NCBI GenBank assembly: GCA_030390025.1
Contig: CM059432.1
Span: 46,812,001 to 46,876,000, forward strand
Length of the DNA stretch: 64,000 nucleotides
From: Squalus acanthias
Lineage: Eukaryota
Reading direction: 5' to 3'
The notes below the pieces were generated by a model. The model made no database searches, was not told where the DNA came from, and saw nothing but the letters and a program-made list of their open reading frames with translations. A program made the position numbers and the translations under genes. Below are positions 13,210 through 26,323 of this stretch, piece after piece (the first letter of the stretch is position 1; every line of letters starts with the position of its first letter).

Positions 13210-15012
13210 GGGGGTGTTAAATTGGATAACCCCGAAAACGGGCGCAGGGATCGTGATGCGCGATTAACCCGCGCCCGTTGATTGAAATGCAGACAAGACG
13301 CCAACTTCGTGCTGCCTGTGCATTTCCATGATTTCTGCATGCAGACAGCCCTCCCCGCACTGTTCATTTGCTGCATGCATCAGCAGGAGGCCCAATGTCG
13401 TTAGTGCCTAGCACTACTTAAAGCTAGCCTGCACCTCTTAAAGGCAGGTGATGCTGAGATCATTCTGAATATTGTGCTGTGGAAGAATCAACAATGGCTG
13501 ACCATGGGAGAGAGCATGCACTAAGGTTTTCAGACAGTGCACTGGAGGTCTTGGTGTAAGAGGCGGAAAGAAGAGATGTCCTGTACCCTCAGGGGGGCTG
13601 GAGGCCCTCCAGACACATGCTCAGAAGGCAGTGGCAAGAGATAGCGGAGGAGTTCAATGCCTGGAGTGTAGCCCCAAGGACCTGGATGCATTGCAGGAAG
13701 AATTTTAATGATCTCACATGAGTTGTAAAGGTCAGTGAGTGCATCTTCAAATGCCATAACCCAGCAACTGCACCACTAGCCTCATCCACTGCTCAATTCA
13801 CTACACCCCTATCACTCACCTACCCACAATCTCTATCAATCAAGACTCATACCTAACATTCATATGCTTTACCTCATGCTCATGCACTGTTGCAAGCCTC
13901 GCACCAACATCTCGAAGCTTGCACACACTGGCAGCTATTCAACCATGACAGCCACATTACTCAAACATAGTGCACGACACTCACTGACACATTCCCTCTC
14001 TCTTGCAGGAGAAGGTGGCGCACAACTGGAAGCAGCAGGAATTAACGGGAGGGGAAGAGGTGCGTCTACATGTTTTAACCTCCATGGAGGAGACAGTGCT
14101 GGCTATTATCGGAAGGGCCATTACTGAGGCCGTGGCCACCGGCGGGGCTGAAGCAATTGAAGATGAGGGTATCTACATACCTAATACTGCTTTTCTCATT
14201 CTACTTCTCCCTAATCCCTCAATCTCTTCTGATTTACAAAATGGAGATGGTGTAAGCATGCACTTCTTACTTTCTCCTTTCCCCTCACCACAACCCAACC
14301 CTTTGTCGCTTTATCATTTCAGAGACTCAAGAACTGCAACCTGCCCAGGCAGTGGAGAAAGTGCCAGAAGAAAGTGAAGATGAAGACACACCATCACTCG
14401 ATTTCACACTCGCAGCCACAAACTCAGATATTGACACTGCATGTAATTTAGAGGATAGCATAGAGGCGGGATCTGCATGTGGTGAAACACCGGACACAAG
14501 TGCGCTGGAGCCACTGCTGGGGGAAGGGATAGCACAGGTGCCAGCTCGCTAGAGGGCAAGGTCGCACATTAGTTCTGTTGCAGAGGACACAGATGAGGAG
14601 ATCGATGGGCCAGGCTACAGAAGAAAGTTGATGGGTGTACACCGATGCTCCCCAATCACATGGTCCCACGAAGGCCGCTCACCAGCTACTGCCACTGGAA
14701 GAGATATCAAATTTAAAGGGCCAGGCAGGAAAAAAAAATTAGAGGGAACATTGGTGTACACACCCAAATGCTTGGTGCACTAGAAACAGCGAGATGTAGC
14801 TTACATCTCCAGCAGCAGTCTGGAAGGAGCCAGGTGCATAAAAGTTCAGAGCCACGGTCTCCTAGACAGCCACAGGCAATGTGGTCCTTGTGCTGCTCTG
14901 AGGTTGGAGTTGTGGCTGCAGCAGTTCGCAGATTTCAGTAATGACCTCTTTAGTGAAACGCAGACGTCTCAAGCATTGATCATCGCTGAAGTTCAGGTAC
15001 GAGAATTGCTCT
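13210..15012. mobile_element. Internally deleted Harbinger, same family as 8102-11877 in opposite orientation
   Basis: 13210-13290 is reverse-complementary to about 11800-11877. Myb exons on plus start at ATG 13494 (MADHGREHALRFSDSALEVLV). Transposase fragment on minus at about 14791-15012 (EQFSYLNFSDDQCLRRLRF). Confidence 0.85.
14643..14753. mobile_element. hAT-type MITE inserted in a Harbinger Myb exon
   Basis: Perfect 8-bp TSD gtgtacac (14635-14642 and 14754-14761). Ends cgatgctccc / gggaacattg. Confidence 0.85.
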
Positions 15013-15029
15013 CTTCTGCTGTCCTGGCC

Positions 15030-15203
15030 ATTATTTATCAACCAACATCTCTAAAACAAATTAGCAAATTATTTATCTCACTGCTGTTGATGGGACATTG
15101 CTGTGTGCAAATTGGCAGCTGCAATTCCCTACAAAAGTGACTACACTTCAAAAATACTTCATTGGCTGTAAAGCCCTTTGGAATCTCCAGAGGTCATGAA
15201 ATG
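15030..15203 (+). mobile_element. Deu-domain SINE fragment (SacSINE1/AmnSINE-like)
   Basis: tgctgtgtgcaaattggcagctgc...gtgactacacttcaaaaatacttcattggctgtaaagc. Confidence 0.75.
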
Positions 15204-15209
15204 TACATT

Positions 15210-15530
15210 GGGCCGTAATTTGTGGTCCCTATGGGTAGCACGCTCCTGTAAGGGCCGCGCAAGTTCCGGGTTTTCGCGCGCAAAACGCATGCGCGAAAGC
15301 CCAGAACTTGCGATCTGTCAAGAATTTTCTTAACAGATCCAATGCATCCCCGGGAAAAGGGCATTCATGGGCGAAGAGTTGGGCTATTTGCCCAACTTCT
15401 ACCCAGCGAATGCACGTGAAATTCTTACGCCTGGTAAAAGCCTGCTTTTACCAGAGTAAAAGTTTAAAAAAACATAAAAATAAAATGTTATCAATCATTT
15501 ATACATTAAAAACCCTGTGCAATAAGGTGT
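15210..15530. mobile_element. Truncated Harbinger-type MITE, family of 37002-37764
   Basis: Starts gggccgtaatttg and is reverse-complementary to about 37440-37764. Confidence 0.8.
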
Positions 15531-16350
15531 CTGGATCGATCTGACGGCACCCTGCAATGTAGTCCTGCTAGTGTCTCAAGGGTTGTAGTTGTGCCCTGTA
15601 TTCTACAGAACTTTGCTTTAGAAAGATGCTCAGCAGAAGAAGCCCGCATGGGCAGCAAGAGGACAGTGGTAGGCTGAAGAGGCTACAGCCTGCTGAAAGA
15701 GAGATTTGTGCCATTATCATACAGGAGACTTCTCTTAAATACCATATCTAGCTAATACATTAACAAATCCGTGTACATCTACCCCCTTCTCTCCATAAAT
15801 ATGCCATTACCTACAGATGCTTCTCCATGCGCAGCAACTCACAAAGCTTCCTTTCACGCCAGTGCAAAAAAACAGCTTTGGCACTTTCCAAGAATGATGT
15901 CTGCACAGCCATAATTTTAATGTGAAACCATACCGTGTGTGTGCCTAGTATTTACTTCCACAATGCTTCCCCTTGATGATAGTGTGTGATGCATGTACTC
16001 TTAAACCTAGACTTGTGCTTCCCCAGGAGCTATCTCAGTGGCAAGGGTGTATGAGGTGGATGCTGTGTTGTCGTTGGGGTTTTCCAGGTAGCTAAGTCCT
16101 GAGATGGACCTTCTGCAGGCTGCACCTGCTGTCTGGCCCTGCTCGTGTATTCTCATGATCATTCATCTGCAGGAAAGCAGACTTAATGGTACCAATGAAA
16201 TCAGTGAAGCCCTGCTCTATGGTTCCCTGTAACTAATTGCCAAGCCTTTCGAAGCTGCAAGTTTGCAGTGTGTTTGTCTTGTCAGTGCGTTTGTCTTGTC
16301 AGTGCTCTTCTGCAGGTGACATGTGAGCTGCTATGTGCATGCTATTATTA

Positions 16351-16701
16351 CAGGTTGAGCATCCCAAATCCGGAGTTCCGGAATACGGAATGTTCCGGAT
16401 TCCAGAATGTTCTGGAATCCGGACTCCGGGACAATTGGTGGCAGGGGTCCGGAATCCGTAAAATGTTCCAGAATCCGGACACCCTGAGGGAGGCTTACCA
16501 AAAACCGGAAATAGCGCAACCTGGGCCCAGGTATTTCCGCACTCAGAACGTGTTTCTGATGTCCGAAGTCCAGAAATATCGCAACCTGGGCTCGGGCGTT
16601 TCCGGACTTCGGACATCAGAAACACGTTCTCAAGTCCGGAAAAACCCGAAAACCGGCTCGGCCTCAGTCCCGAGGTTGCCGGATTTGGGACGCTCAACCT
16701 G
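16351..16701. mobile_element. Tc1/mariner (Tigger/pogo-type) MITE
   Basis: 23-bp TIR caggttgagcatcccaaatccgg with 1 mismatch, TA on both sides, internal tccgga repeats. Confidence 0.88.
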
Positions 16702-18138
16702 TATCCCCCTACTGCATATGTGTCATGGAGCATCTATTGAGTGAAAGAATGCTGCTAAAAGGAGCCAGTGATCTCTGCAGGTTTTACAGCTGATCTCTCT
16801 GAGGGTGCAGCATATGAACATTTATGGTGTACATATGTATATAAAGTACCTTGGCACTTCTGATGCCAGTGAACTTTTTCCTCATTTGCCCCCAGGAATG
16901 GCAGACCTGGGAGAATGCATTAATTCAGTCAGTGACCTCCATCCATGCAGCTTGTTTCTACAGAGCTCAGCACCAAACAGGGTCAACCTTCTTTGTTGCA
17001 CTTCCAGCAGTAAAATCTCCAACAAATCATTACTGAAGGCACATACCTTTGATGCTGCCCTCATCACACACTTGCTTCAAATCACTTACACCCTTCAGCT
17101 GAACAATTGCAGGCAGCGCCCCTTTAGCAGCAAGAAGCAGCCCTGATTTTGGCAGACTCAGAAAATCAGGACTGGGATAGTAATTGCAGATGGACAATTT
17201 GATTTTATTGCATATATATTACATACTTTTCAGCCAAGCAATTTAATGTTATTGTATTGAGCATCAGCATGTTTGGGGAATTGGGATTGGGAGCAATTGG
17301 GACAGTTTTATTTTATCATGGCCAATTTTATTTTATTGGATATATATTTTTGAGCTTTAGTACAAAGCAATTTAATTTTATTATATTCGGCATCAATGTG
17401 GTTAAGAAAGGAGGGGGAAAGGGAGAAGGGAGTTGGGAGCAGGGGGAGGAAATTGCTCCTAATTCCCTCCATTTATTTCACATAATCTGAACATTGCAAT
17501 ACATGCACTTCATCTTTTCTTTTGATTTAACACTACTCCTTTCTCTTAATTTTTTTTTGCTGATCAAACACCTTTGCCTAGAATTTGCACAGGCATTCTT
17601 CGGCAGAAGATCAGCTGAACCTTTGGAGAAATGGCATCAATGGCTATAAACTTCCATTTATGTCTTTTTTCCAGAGTTTCTGCCAATTTTCCACTGAAGT
17701 TACAAAGGAAATGGGGAAGACCCTGGAAATTCTCCCTCTTCGTTCATTCATCTGTCTTTTTTCTGCTTATAACTGGTCAATTCGATTTTCCTCCTCCACT
17801 CCCTTTATTGTTTCTGCAATCTATCTCTTTTCCTAAATTATTTTTGTATTTATATATTAACCTCATCTATTTCAAATTTCTCTACTTGTTCTTTCTGGTT
17901 ACTTTTATTTTCCCTACTGCCTTCCTTCCTAGTTTAAATGACTTTTCACTTCCCTATTTATCCTTTTTGCCAGTACATCAGCTTCCTTCATGTGCAGATG
18001 TAGCCCATCCTTGCGGAATAATTCCCATCTTCCCCAGAACTGATGCTTATGCCCACAAAGCCAAAACCTGCTTCCTGATAACAACTCTTTAGCTATGTGT
18101 TGAGCTCCTTAACATTCCTATCCATCCCTATTCCAGCA

Positions 18139-19069
18139 TGTACCTGGGGGAGTAATCCGAAGACTAGCACACTTTATGTTCTGCTCCTAGGCCTAGGCCT
18201 AGAAATTCGAGTAGGCCGGAAACCTGCTGGTATGTTAGCATAGGACTTAGGATAGCAGTTGATTGAATAGGAATTGAGTGGGGAAGGAATCAAAGAAGGA
18301 GTATTCAAACTTGTGCAAGCAGACTGGAATCCTTTGAAGTTCAGATACTTTGAAAAGAAAAGCTTATCAATTTAAACAATCAAAATATTAAAGGAAAATC
18401 TATTTTAAACATCCCTGACAAGAAGAACTTTAATACAAAAGAGAACTTTTAATTATGGCTAAACCACATTAAAATGCAAGTTGAGATCAGGAATATGGAG
18501 GAACATTTTTAACAAACATTACTCAGGAAAAAAATGCAGTTCCAACCAAGGACAAATCTGGGGTTGCTATGGAACCAGTGGAACCGACCAGCACTGTCTT
18601 GAGATAAGACCCTCATTAAACTGCAACAAGTGACATGCATGATGAACTAACCTCACTAAACTTTGAACCAACCATGAACAACAAGGGGACAAACCATGCT
18701 TGAAGGAGCCAATCATTGAGGTGTACATGTGAAAGCCATGAGAAAAGTCTGAACACAAAAAATGTAAGAACTGACACAATACTTTTTTTTACTGCAGTCG
18801 GCCAAGATAAACATATCCTGGTCTAACGAAGAAAAGACATCTAAAGATTTCAACAGACTTCATGTGATCGTCAGTTTGGCCACAGGGCACTTGAAGACTC
18901 TAGGACAGGTTAAGTTGGGTTCTTATTTAATCCGTGTGTTAGTGGTTAAACAAAAGATCTCTATGAGAGATAGTGTATCTGTGTGGTTTTCTGCTAAAGT
19001 GGATTCAGGTCTATGAACCCCACTCTAACACCTCATGTGGGAGGTGTGAAAGTCATAATTACTCCTACA
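18139..19069 (+). mobile_element. Putative 5' LTR
   Basis: Ends attactcctaCA three bases before a PBS. Candidate start TGta..ggagtaat is imperfectly complementary to that end; the start is inferred. Confidence 0.55.
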
Positions 19070-19072
19070 TAA

Positions 19073-19090
19073 TGGTGCCCGAACAGGGAC
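19073..19090 (+). promoter_or_regulatory. Primer-binding site complementary to the tRNA-Lys3 (UUU) 3' end
   Basis: tggtgcccgaacagggac matches TGGCGCCCGAACAGGGAC at 17 of 18 positions. Confidence 0.85.
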
Positions 19091-22000
19091 CTGAGCACTA
19101 AGACAGACCACCGGAATAGATTAGTAGACTAGGCTGTGTATACTAGCTACTATGGAAGACCTAACAAAGTGCCTGAAGAAGGAGCTGTGCGCTCAATGTG
19201 AGAAGCTGTGTGCTCAATGTGAGGGGCTATGTACTCAAATAGCAGTGAACGAGAAGCCGTGGCAAGTGGTGTGCTCTGTGTGTGAGAATGATTCTTCGAG
19301 CCAGAAGAACAGGGAGGTTTTCTGGTTATTAGCCCTCAAAGAGAAAGCACAAGTAGTGAAGGGGTTAACTGGAAAGAGGAGTGAAGGGTCAAGACAGTTC
19401 ATCACAGAAAGTACAGAGGTTGTTCAGGAGAGTGTGGAGTTAATATCACGGAGTTAAGATCAGGCCTTTCACAGCATACAAATGTTGTAAAAGTGTTCCA
19501 TAAAAAACCTTGGGTTAGACACTTGAGGTGTAAAAAAAGGGTTAGGAAAAAGTGAAAGGAGTTTAAAAAAAACGCACAGCAAAAGTTAAAGTTGCTGTGA
19601 GAAAGAATAAGTGTGAAATAGGATAAGTGTTTTCAGCAAGTTCTGGTTTAATTTAAAAAGTGGAAAAATTTCCAAAAGTGTGTGTGTGTCTTTTTTTCTT
19701 TGGTTTGAAAGTCCTCTTTAGAAGGTGTCTGTGCAGTTGTTTTTTTGTTAGCACCACCTACGGTTCTGTGCACAGAGCTAAAAGCTGTTTAACCCTTTGT
19801 AGTCTTGTCTTGTATGTTGGAGTATTAAGCATTTGTGGCCGGAATTTTAACCTATAAAAACAGGTGGGTTTGGAGCATGGGGGTAGTTAAATTGTTAAAA
19901 ATGGGATTCCTGACTTGATCCCGCCTCCAACCCGCCTACTTCCGGTTTTAAGGTTGGCGGGATGGGGCGGGCGACCAACCCGCTCCCAGGAGGCGTAACG
20001 TCAATTTAAATATTATAATGAGGCTGGAAGCCTCTTTTTTAACCTCCATTTTGTTTTTAACTGCAGGGCCTGCAGGAAACCCGGCCTCCCAGGTTTCCCG
20101 ACTGCATCGGAGCCCGCCCCCAACCCGCCTCCCTCCAGAAAATTCCGGCCAATGTTTTTCTACAAGCGTGTGCTGTTTTGTTAATTTTCTGCTCTATGTA
20201 TGTATACATATGTGTATTATTTTTTGATACTTGAGTCATGTTTTTGGTTTTTGAACCGATTTAAACTGTGAATATTCTTGGGCTCGCAACCTGGGAATAT
20301 TACTTAAATCTGGCACTTTGAGTTCATAACCCATTAAAGAGATCAATATTTCTAAGTTGCATAAAAGTATGAAAGTGTAAGTGTGGTTTGAGTAAGTATG
20401 TTTATTTCAATTTAAGATTGTGCACCCAGAATTGGGGAAAAAAATAAACTTTGAATTACATTTTAAGTTAAAGACACAGATGTGGATTTATATTGACTAA
20501 AGATTATTTGTGCAACTGTGAAAAAGATAAGCTTCAGCCTTGAAGTTTCGGTTGCCATGGTGTCTGGTAGAAAATGAATTTGAACTCTTCAAAGCACTTT
20601 GTTTTAATTGGATTACAGTAAAAAAAACACTATTGTTTTATGCAGTTTAAATTAAAAAGGTGTAGTCTTGTTTTAAATCAATTTGAACGTTTACAAAGCA
20701 CTACCTTCATAATTTGGTTACTGCAAGTTCTGAGATATGCTATCGTGATTGACTCCTCGCCCACTCTCTAAGGTTTTGACAAGTAAGAAGTAATCAGAAA
20801 TTGTAAATTGGTTGGAAAAAAAAGGATAAATTAGTCCATGATGAAATAAAGAAAGGAGAAAGGAAAATATTCTGTCCCTTTTCTACTGTTAAAAGCTACA
20901 AGATTTAAGTGTATTGTCCCTTTAAAAAACCTATCGGAATATTTCAGAGTCACAAGCAGTGGGGAAGCTCCACTTTTTTTCCTTTTGTACAGAGTGTTAA
21001 AGATTTTTTGTTTCAATGTGAAAGCTAACCTTTTCTTCAGTTATATTCAGAATGTAACAGTCACTTGTAAAGCCGCCTGAAGGAAGAGAAAAAATAAAGA
21101 TGACAATTTACTGGGTTTCTGTAAGCACTTGTTTTTCTTTTTGATTATTTTATCTGTTCTGTATTGTGTTTAATTAATAAAATATTTTTTTAATTTTAAT
21201 TTTATTTTAAATTAATAAAATATTAGCCTGAATTAAATTGGAATTATTAAGGTTAATTAACCTATTAAATTGTGAAATCCTAACTTTCATTGTGGCCACA
21301 GTGAAATTCTGGCTGTTGTAAATTGTGTGAAAGTCTATAGTTCCAGATATGAGATTCTCACATTTAAAATAATTGGCAGTTTTGAATTTATTTTTAAATG
21401 TTTAATGATTTGAATTGGAATTTTGGGACATTTGAGGTGATTTCTGTTTGTTTAACTGATTAGTGGTACTGGAATGTGTGTGAAAAAAGGGAGGAATGTT
21501 AATACTATGATGCAGTATAACGATCTGGAGACATCTTGTCGTTGGATTGTATTACAGAATTGTCTCACAGAATGTTTAAAGTGGATAGTGGTGCTGCTAA
21601 TGATTTATGCTGTTTTTAACTCCTGGGGATAGATAAAATTTGGTAACATTTTTGTGCCTTCATGGCTTATGTTTTTAAAAACTGGAAGTAAAAGAGAAGC
21701 TGAATTTTTTTTCGGAATTTAATTGAATCAGGAAATGTTGTGCAAGTTTTAAAAGGTACAAAGACTGGGGGGGGAAATGTAAAAGTCTGTTTTTTTCATT
21801 CGAAAGTGAAGTGACACAATTGCATGCATCTGACGATATTTACTCCGCCTTCTTATAAACCTGCAAAGGAGTTAACCCTGTCCGCTGATAGCTGGGGTTT
21901 TTTCACCACACAACAACTTTTGTCTTGCTGATTGTAAATTTATATATTAGGCATTATTGAATTTAAGTTTTTTAATTTTAAGTGGCTACTTCCCCACAGT

Positions 22001-23950
22001 AACAGAAGGAATTTTATAAATTGACAAATTAACCCCTGCTGTGAAGCAGAGCCACAATGGATTCTGTTTTTCTTTTGTTTTTAAATAGGTGGTCATCGCA
22101 TGGATACTGATGGCGCAGTAAGAGATCCAGCAGATTTAAGAACTTATCTGGAGACATCGGTAGATATCAAATGTCACAGCACAGTGACGATTTTGGACTT
22201 AAGATTTTGCCTTTTAAGGGTTTGGACTTAACCTATTCAGCGTCATTTGTTAACTTATTCAGTGTCATTTGTTATCTTCCCAAGACAGAGTGCTCGAGAG
22301 GGGGGAGATATGGAAGTTACTTCCAAAGTAATTGCAAGCACGCCTGTCCAAGCCTGGGCATCATTTGTTTCTGAAATTGGAATTGATTAAAAAAAATTTA
22401 TGAGTTGCCATTTCAAGCACTCGAGAAGGGAAAAGTTATCTGAAGTTTAAGGGGATAATCAAATTTTCTTTAAAAGAAAAGAGAGGGGTACAGTCCAGGT
22501 GGTTCCTGGAAGAAAGCTTTGGGGGAAATAAAATTGAACATTGACAAAACCTGTCAGTTCAACAATATTGCTATTTGTATTGAGGTAGTTTTGAACTGAC
22601 AAGATGGACTCAGGCACAATGTAGCACAATATTTTCAGAAATAAAAGATTCTAGAAGAAGTTTGATTAAGTAAAACAAAATGTGTTAATAACTTGGACCA
22701 AGTGGGAACATTTGATCTATGTTTTAAAGATATTATGAGAATATTGTATTGGACAGTAAAGTTCCTCCAGGGCTGGTGAATGAGAATAGAATGGTAATTA
22801 ATGGGATGCACCACTTAGGATGCAAGATAGAAACATGAAAATTACACCACCAAATGGGAATTTTTCTGAAAATCATTTTCTTAGGTAAATTGGAATAAAT
22901 CACCTGGGTGCAATTGACCAAAAGATATCAATCTGGTATTAATGTACATTCTAGAGAAAGTCATGAACGTGTAGTTAAGAATAGTAAATTGAAAGATGTG
23001 TGAGTGAGTGAGTGAAAAGCAATTAGCATGCGGAAATGCATGGTGGATTTGCACTGAAAAATGGGTCTCAGACATGCTCAGTTACTTGATAACCGCACGA
23101 AATGAAATGGTCAATGTGGCTTAGGAGAGTGAGACAACTTTTTAAATCATCAAGGCACTGACACATACTCCATAGAGAAACCATACTTTGAAACAATTAG
23201 GATAGAGTTAAACATACTGGTACTTGGCAGAGGGATTAAAATTAAAGAAAAGAGCAATATGGAATTTGGATTGGGACAATTGAGGGCTAGAGAGAAATCA
23301 TACTTAGCAAGAATTATCCACAAGATGGATACAAGTAAAAGGAGAGCTGGAGAATCTTTTATGTCCATCATTTCTTGATTATATGGCAAACTGTAACTTT
23401 CTGTACAATGTATTTGTGATTTTCTTTCTCTTTATTATGATGTGTTGCTTGAGACGTAAGCTTAGAAGACATGGTCGACGTGCTAATATCTTAGAATTAA
23501 TGGGCCTTCTGCAGAAGGATAACAAATAAGATTGAGTTGGAATGATGGACCCTTAAGGCAGGGGCTGTATGAATATAGGCTGAGGAGGATATTTAGAAGG
23601 AATAGGCTTGAAAGGGGTTAAATAACAAAGTTTCAGCTGGAATTACTTTTCTGCAGAAATGGACTTGGTTTAGGCCCTCAAATCAACTGGTGGCAGGTGG
23701 AGTATGTCTGATTTGTACAAAAATGTTGTTATTGCAGGCCAAGGATGGGAGGACCAGTTTCTGAGATGAAGCTATCTGTACTGTTACGTTTTATCATGTC
23801 TAGATGTAGTCATGCTACTAACTAACTAACTATTTGTTTCCAATATTAAAGCTTTGCTAGACTGTGGTTTAATATTAAGATTGCCAGTTTATAGTTTTAT
23901 TAAGTTAGTACAGTTTTATTAATTTGGCCTTATTTCTCCTCTGTTAAAAA
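19091..23950 (+). mobile_element. Highly decayed internal region of an LTR retroelement or ERV
   Basis: Follows the PBS. Short ORF at 19152, splice-acceptor-like tract ending AG at 22088, hydrophobic segment plus basic tail at 23401-23529. Right boundary approximate. Confidence 0.5.
19837..20150. mobile_element. Harbinger-type MITE
   Basis: TIR ggccggaatttt / aaaattccggcc. Confidence 0.8.
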
Positions 23951-25238
23951 CTAGACTCTAATTAGAACCCGTTGTCATCAAGATCCTGGGTTGCATCATC
24001 ACCATGGAAACAGAAACCAAGAACAGAGAAAGCTTCTAGGGAGTCTAAAAACAAAAATAAGGGAGACCTTGGGCTCGATTTTAATAGCCCTGAGGAGGCG
24101 GATCTGTTGGGGAAAATTGGAAAAAATGGCTTCAGACACCCAACCCACCTCCATCCCGCCCCCACCCGATTTTCCTGAGTGTCTGTTTAGCCGCTCCCAA
24201 ACTAACCCATCTGGAACCAGTGGGACAGGTAGTTAAGGCAGTTAATAGCCTGTTAACTGCCTTGCTAATCCTATTTTCATAATGGTTTCCCCATTTTCGT
24301 GCTTCTGGCTCCCGTGTCACGACTTGTCAGAAACAGGCTAGGTTCAAGGAGACGAGTTGCTGGAGGACATGATTTGTATGCATTGGTAGAGCGCTTTAAA
24401 AGCGCCGCTGAAACATGGCTGACATTCAAATGCAACAACTTTGCTGTTGTAGGTGTGGGATAACATTTTGCACATCTTCTGACTGTTCAAGCTGACACCC
24501 ATCTGCAGTGTGGCATGAATGGAATCATTTCAGGCCACTTCGACTGCGCTTGCAAGATTGTTGCCTCAAATGGAAATCTATAGCAAGGGGATGGGAAACA
24601 CTTATGCCCTCTCATCCTGGTCCTCATAATCTGAGGAGTAGCAGCCACGTGGCTCAGCGCAGATCGGAGTGGGAGTGGGAGTGCCTTGCATGCCCTGTTG
24701 TGACCAATGCAGCATCCCTCCAGTTCACTGCTGCCCGTCAACCAGGGTATGCACACTGCCATGCCACATTAGCATAAGCTTACTCTTCAACCATAGGTGG
24801 CCACCATATGGCTCTGTAATTGCAGGCAACACTTGTCCAATGTCATATTTCATCTCTGCTATACCCTGTTATTTCCTATCATTTTTACCATCAGCATTAC
24901 AAAAGCAAGTCGCCCTGAGCCCTCAATGCGCTTTTGCCATTTCCCATAACACATAGGCCACACAATCAACTGTTTGACATAATTTATCTTTAACACATGA
25001 CAAAAGGATCATAAACCAGTATGAGTCAGGGAAAAAAAATCACCCAAGTGACTCCCCTTGTTACTATAGGTGCTTAATTTTTCTCTTACGGGTGCTTCTA
25101 TGTGGTGCTTCCCCTGTGGCTTCAGCAGATGTAGAGTCACCTTGCTGATTAGGATGTTGTGCCTGCTTAGACGCCTTTGGCGGGTGTCCTCTGGGTTTGG
25201 GAGCCTGGGAGGGCTCTTCAAAAGTCTGCTCTTCCTGC

Positions 25239-26070
25239 AGGTGAGCATCAGCAGGTGGTGGAGACAGGAACAGCAGTGGAGAGTCCGCGGCGGAGGGCGC
25301 AGGACTCTCCTAGCTCTGCTCCGCTGCATGTGGACCCTGTGCCTCTGGGTCCACCCAGAAATAGAGCTGTGCTGGAACTCCAGGAGCAGGTGCAGGAGTC
25401 TCTGACAGGTCTTGTCTCCAGGGTCACTGCAAGTGTGGAGAGGATGGAGGAGTCCAACTCTAATCTGAGCAGTGCCGTTGGGGAGGCAATGGCACATATA
25501 CGCAGCACCACGGAAAGGCTGGCTATGGCCATGGAGGAAATAAGTCGCCAGAGTCAGGAAAACATGGTGATTGTTCAGAATAGACTGACATCTCTGGAGG
25601 AGCGATGGGCAGCTATTGAACAGAGATACCAGAGCTTCATGGAAGTCCTTTTGAGTAGGACTGCCAGTGCAGAGACGGGTCCCCTATGGCCCCCCTGATG
25701 TGCAGCAAGGTGCTCTCAAGCCACTTGCAAGCGATGAGGTGGACCTGACCCATGAGAGGGAAGTTGGTGGTAGACAACAAAGAAGTGGGGGTTCCTCTCT
25801 AAGCGCCCACACTCCATGCCGCTGCGTAGCCCTCGGTCAGAGCCCCACCAGAGTCCGCACCCAACTGAGATGGGTGTCTCAGCCCCTGCACTGCCGCAGG
25901 AGGAGCAGAAGTTTGGCGAGCCCTCACAGACTCATAAACCCAGAAGACGCCCGCCAAAGGTGTCGAAGCAGGAGCAGCATCAAAGTGAGCAAGGGGCCTC
26001 CACTTCTGCTAAAGCCATAGGGGGAGCACCACGTAGGAGCACACGTAAGAGAAAAATAAAGCACCATTAG
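25239..26070 (+). pseudogene. Harbinger Myb-partner last exon fragment (coiled coil, basic C-terminus)
   Basis: ORFs 25177-25698, 25667-26020 and 25816-26070 are homologous to 44480-45400. Ends RRSTRKRKIKHH*. Confidence 0.82.
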
Positions 26071-26323
26071 TCACAGGGGTAGCCACTTGGGTGAATGTTT
26101 GTGTATTGATGAAATGCCATCCCTGTTTGAAAGTATAAAAATGATTTGATGGCAAATTGTTGGCGTGATGGCATCTGTTATTTCGCCTTAGGCAGCTCCA
26201 CATTGCGGGCTCCGCGACACTTGCGTGGTCAGGTTGGTGGCCAGAGTGAAAGGAGGCCAGAGAGTCAGGTCTATTGTCTATCATGTCTTAAGATGGAGCC
26301 AAGGACATGTCAGCATAGGCAAC

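Noticed and set aside
16268..16744. Overlapping ORFs on both strands
   Set aside because: They lie over a GC-rich MITE with tccgga repeats and show no protein motif.
22470..22520. Possible furin site (KEKR-GV) in the env-like region
   Set aside because: It does not match R-X-K/R-R, and the surrounding frame is broken.
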